A stretch of DNA of 64,000 bases from an uncultured Nitrospiraceae bacterium (lineage in GTDB: Bacteria; Nitrospirota; Nitrospiria; Nitrospirales; Nitrospiraceae). The stretch spans positions 896,001-960,000 of the forward strand of contig CAWJWJ010000001.1 in the NCBI GenBank assembly GCA_963846575.1, in the 5' to 3' direction. The translations under genes and the position numbers were made by a program. Under the pieces are notes generated by a model. It saw nothing but the letters and a program-made list of their open reading frames with translations. It was not told where the DNA came from and searched no databases. This document shows positions 61,887 to 64,000 of the stretch, one piece after another (position 1 is the first letter of the stretch; the number at the start of each line of letters is the position of its first letter).

Positions 61887-63842
61887 TCACCTCGTTTGTG
61901 AGTGGGTTACCGTTTCACGTAGCGCTTGATTTGTTTCCGTGCGGAGAAGTGTGAGCAGAGCTTCGATCGGCATCGTACCGTGATTCGCACCGCTGCGGCC
62001 GCGGACTGCGACCATGCCGCTCTGCACTTCCTTCTCTCCGACTACCAGCATATAGGGAATCTTGTTCTTTTCAGCTTCGCGGATTTTAAATCCGATCTTC
62101 TCGTTTCGAATATCGGCCTCAACCCTGTACCCATGACTCTTGAGCTCCGAGACGATCCGCGCCGCAAATTCATGTTGCTTATCGGTAATTGTGAGGACCA
62201 CTGCTTGCACAGGTGCCAGCCACAGGGGAAATGCGCCGGCGTAATGTTCGATGAGAATGCCGAAAAACCGCTCGATCGACCCCATCAGCGCACGGTGAAT
62301 CATGATGGGTTGATGATACTTTCCGTCCTCTCCCGTGTATGCCAGTTTGAACCGCTCCGGATTGTTGAAGTCGACCTGGATTGTCGAGCATTGCCAAGAG
62401 CGGCCCAGGACGTCCTTGATCTTAATGTCGATCTTCGGGCCATAGAATACGCCTTCACCGGGATCGACTTGATAGGCGACGCCTCGTCCTTTGAGTGCTG
62501 CTTCCAACGCACTGGTGGCGAGGGTCCAATTCTCATCCGAACCCACCGATTTGTTCGGTCGAGTGGAGAGGTAGACCTCAAACTCTGTAAACCCGAATGT
62601 GCCGAGAATAAAAAAGGTGAAGTCGAGTACGCGGCTTACTTCGGCTTCAATTTGATCCGGGCGGCAGAACAGGTGGGCATCGTCTTGGGTAAATCCGCGG
62701 ACCCGAAGTAGCCCGTGGAGTACGCCGGTCCGTTCGTACCGGTACACGGTCCCCAATTCTCCATAGCGGATCGGCAAGTCGCGATAACTTCGCAAATGTG
62801 ACTTGTAGATCATGATATGGAAGGGGCAGTTCATCGGCTTGAGCTGATATTCACTGCCCTCCAACTGCATGGTGGCGAACATGTTTTCCCGGTAGTAGTC
62901 GACGTGGCCGCTGGTCTTCCAGAGATCGAGCCGGGCAACGTGCGGGGAGTAGACGAGCTCATAGCCGTCCTTGATATGTTGTTCGCGCCAGAAATTTTCG
63001 ATCAGCAACCGGATCAGCGAACCCTTTGGGTGCCAGAGGACCAACCCTGGACCGATTTCGTCCTGGGAGGAAATCAGGTCGAGCTCTTTGCCGAGTTTTC
63101 GGTGGTCCCGGCGTTTGATCTCTTCCAGTTTCTGCAGATGTGCATCCAGCTCTTTTTGAGTGGGGAATGAGGTGCCGTAAATTCGCTGCAACATCGGATT
63201 GCGTTCATCGCCACGCCAATAGGCTCCCCCCGTCGAGAGAAGCTTGAATGCCCCGACATGGCCGGTTGTGGGGAGGTGCGGTCCGCGGCAGAGATCAACA
63301 AACTCCCCCTGGCTGTAGAGTGAGATGGGCGAGTGGTCGTCGAATCCCTGGATCAATTCAACCTTGTACGCTTCGCCGCGATTCTGGAAAAACTTGATGG
63401 CGTCCGGCTTGGAGAGTTCAGTTCTGCTGACGAGCAGGCTGCGTTTCATAATTTCTTTGGCGCGTGCTTCGATCTTCTCCAGGTCCTCGGGAGTAAACGG
63501 GCGCTCGAATGCGAAGTCATAATAAAAGCCTTCATCGAGGGCGGGGCCGATCGTGAGTTGAGCGGTCGGGAACACTTCCTTCACGGCCTGCGCCATGATG
63601 TGAGTGCTGCTGTGACGATAGACATCTCGCCCTTCAGGTGATTCAAAGGTCAAGGGTTCGACAGTTGCGTCAGATTCCAAGGGACGCGACAGATCGACCG
63701 CCTCGCCGTTGACCTTGGCGGCAAGGACCTTGGGGTCAAGGCGACCTTTTGCCGGCGTCAGCGCCTCGCGGACGGTGCATCCTGCTGGGACCTGTATGCG
63801 AGTTCCGTCAGGAAGGGTAATGTGAATGAACTGTGAGGTCAC
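61887..63842 (-). CDS. thrS: Threonine-tRNA ligase
   Basis: TGS domain, RHSSTH, DLCRGPH, RDHRKLG, LKPMNCP, FYGPKID and IHRALMGSIERF. Confidence 0.98.
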   Translation of the reverse strand: MTSQFIHITLPDGTRIQVPAGCTVREALTPAKGRLDPKVLAAKVNGEAVDLSRPLESDATVEPLTFESPEGRDVYRHSSTHIMAQAVKEVFPTAQLTIGPALDEGFYYDFAFERPFTPEDLEKIEARAKEIMKRSLLVSRTELSKPDAIKFFQNRGEAYKVELIQGFDDHSPISLYSQGEFVDLCRGPHLPTTGHVGAFKLLSTGGAYWRGDERNPMLQRIYGTSFPTQKELDAHLQKLEEIKRRDHRKLGKELDLISSQDEIGPGLVLWHPKGSLIRLLIENFWREQHIKDGYELVYSPHVARLDLWKTSGHVDYYRENMFATMQLEGSEYQLKPMNCPFHIMIYKSHLRSYRDLPIRYGELGTVYRYERTGVLHGLLRVRGFTQDDAHLFCRPDQIEAEVSRVLDFTFFILGTFGFTEFEVYLSTRPNKSVGSDENWTLATSALEAALKGRGVAYQVDPGEGVFYGPKIDIKIKDVLGRSWQCSTIQVDFNNPERFKLAYTGEDGKYHQPIMIHRALMGSIERFFGILIEHYAGAFPLWLAPVQAVVLTITDKQHEFAARIVSELKSHGYRVEADIRNEKIGFKIREAEKNKIPYMLVVGEKEVQSGMVAVRGRSGANHGTMPIEALLTLLRTETNQALRETVTHSQTR

Positions 63843-63934
63843 TCCGTCTATCCTACAAAAAAATACAACATCGCGCCGACTACCGTGCTACTCGCGGTAG
63901 TCAGATCACGAGTTAGTTCGATCGCGAACAAAAA

Positions 63935-64000
63935 TGGTAGGCGCGGACGGTCTTGAACCGTCGACCTCTACCGTGTCAAGGTAGCGCTCTCCCCCTGAGC
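63935..64000 (-). tRNA. tRNA-Val (GAC), 5' end truncated by the window edge
   Basis: Minus strand ...GCTCAGGGGGAGAGCGCTACCTTGACACGGTAGAGGTCGACGGTTCAAGACCGTCCGCGCCTACCA. Confidence 0.93.

Noticed and set aside
63860..63905. thrS leader hairpin (GACTACCG/CGGTAGTC) as a tRNA-Thr mimic operator or T-box
   Set aside because: The loop is not a 7-nt anticodon-like loop and no T-box sequence is seen; may be a tRNA-Val processing or termination hairpin

Overview
A bacterial chromosomal segment of moderately high GC. Gene order and sequence style suggest Nitrospira/Nitrospirota, but this is an inference and was not verified. Most of the window is housekeeping: a TesA/YbbA/YbbP lipid-hydrolase ABC module; a pgi-pgl-glk-rpiA-M1 aminopeptidase operon; the origin-proximal rpmH-rnpA-yidD-yidC-mnmE-mnmG-rsmG-parAB cluster with two perfect parS palindromes and two tandem bactofilin genes; mnmA; an F1-only atpHAGDC operon; two RluD paralogues; a Zn/Mn ABC importer; anmK; tRNA-fMet divergent from fmt-rsmB-rpe-pheST; and thrS-infC-rpmI-rplT with a partial tRNA-Val. 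An accessory tract of about 9 kb (45.0-54.0 kb) lies downstream of the tRNA-fMet 3' end. It holds a doubly broken hybrid kinase, a receiver-domain remnant, a minimal Gly/Asn-repeat PEP-CTERM-like protein, a stand-alone MEDS protein and an RsbQ-like hydrolase coupled to an RsbP-type PAS-GAF-HisKA_3 kinase. This last module is the best candidate for an under-described signalling system. Other notable items are an archaeal/eukaryotic-type PheRS facing rplT, an L,D-transpeptidase-like lipoprotein with Ser in place of the catalytic Cys behind a consensus sigma54 promoter, and small proteins the ORF track missed or mis-started (a 59-aa zinc ribbon, a 58-aa single-TM protein, rpmH). No CRISPR array, rRNA, intact transposase or integrase was seen.
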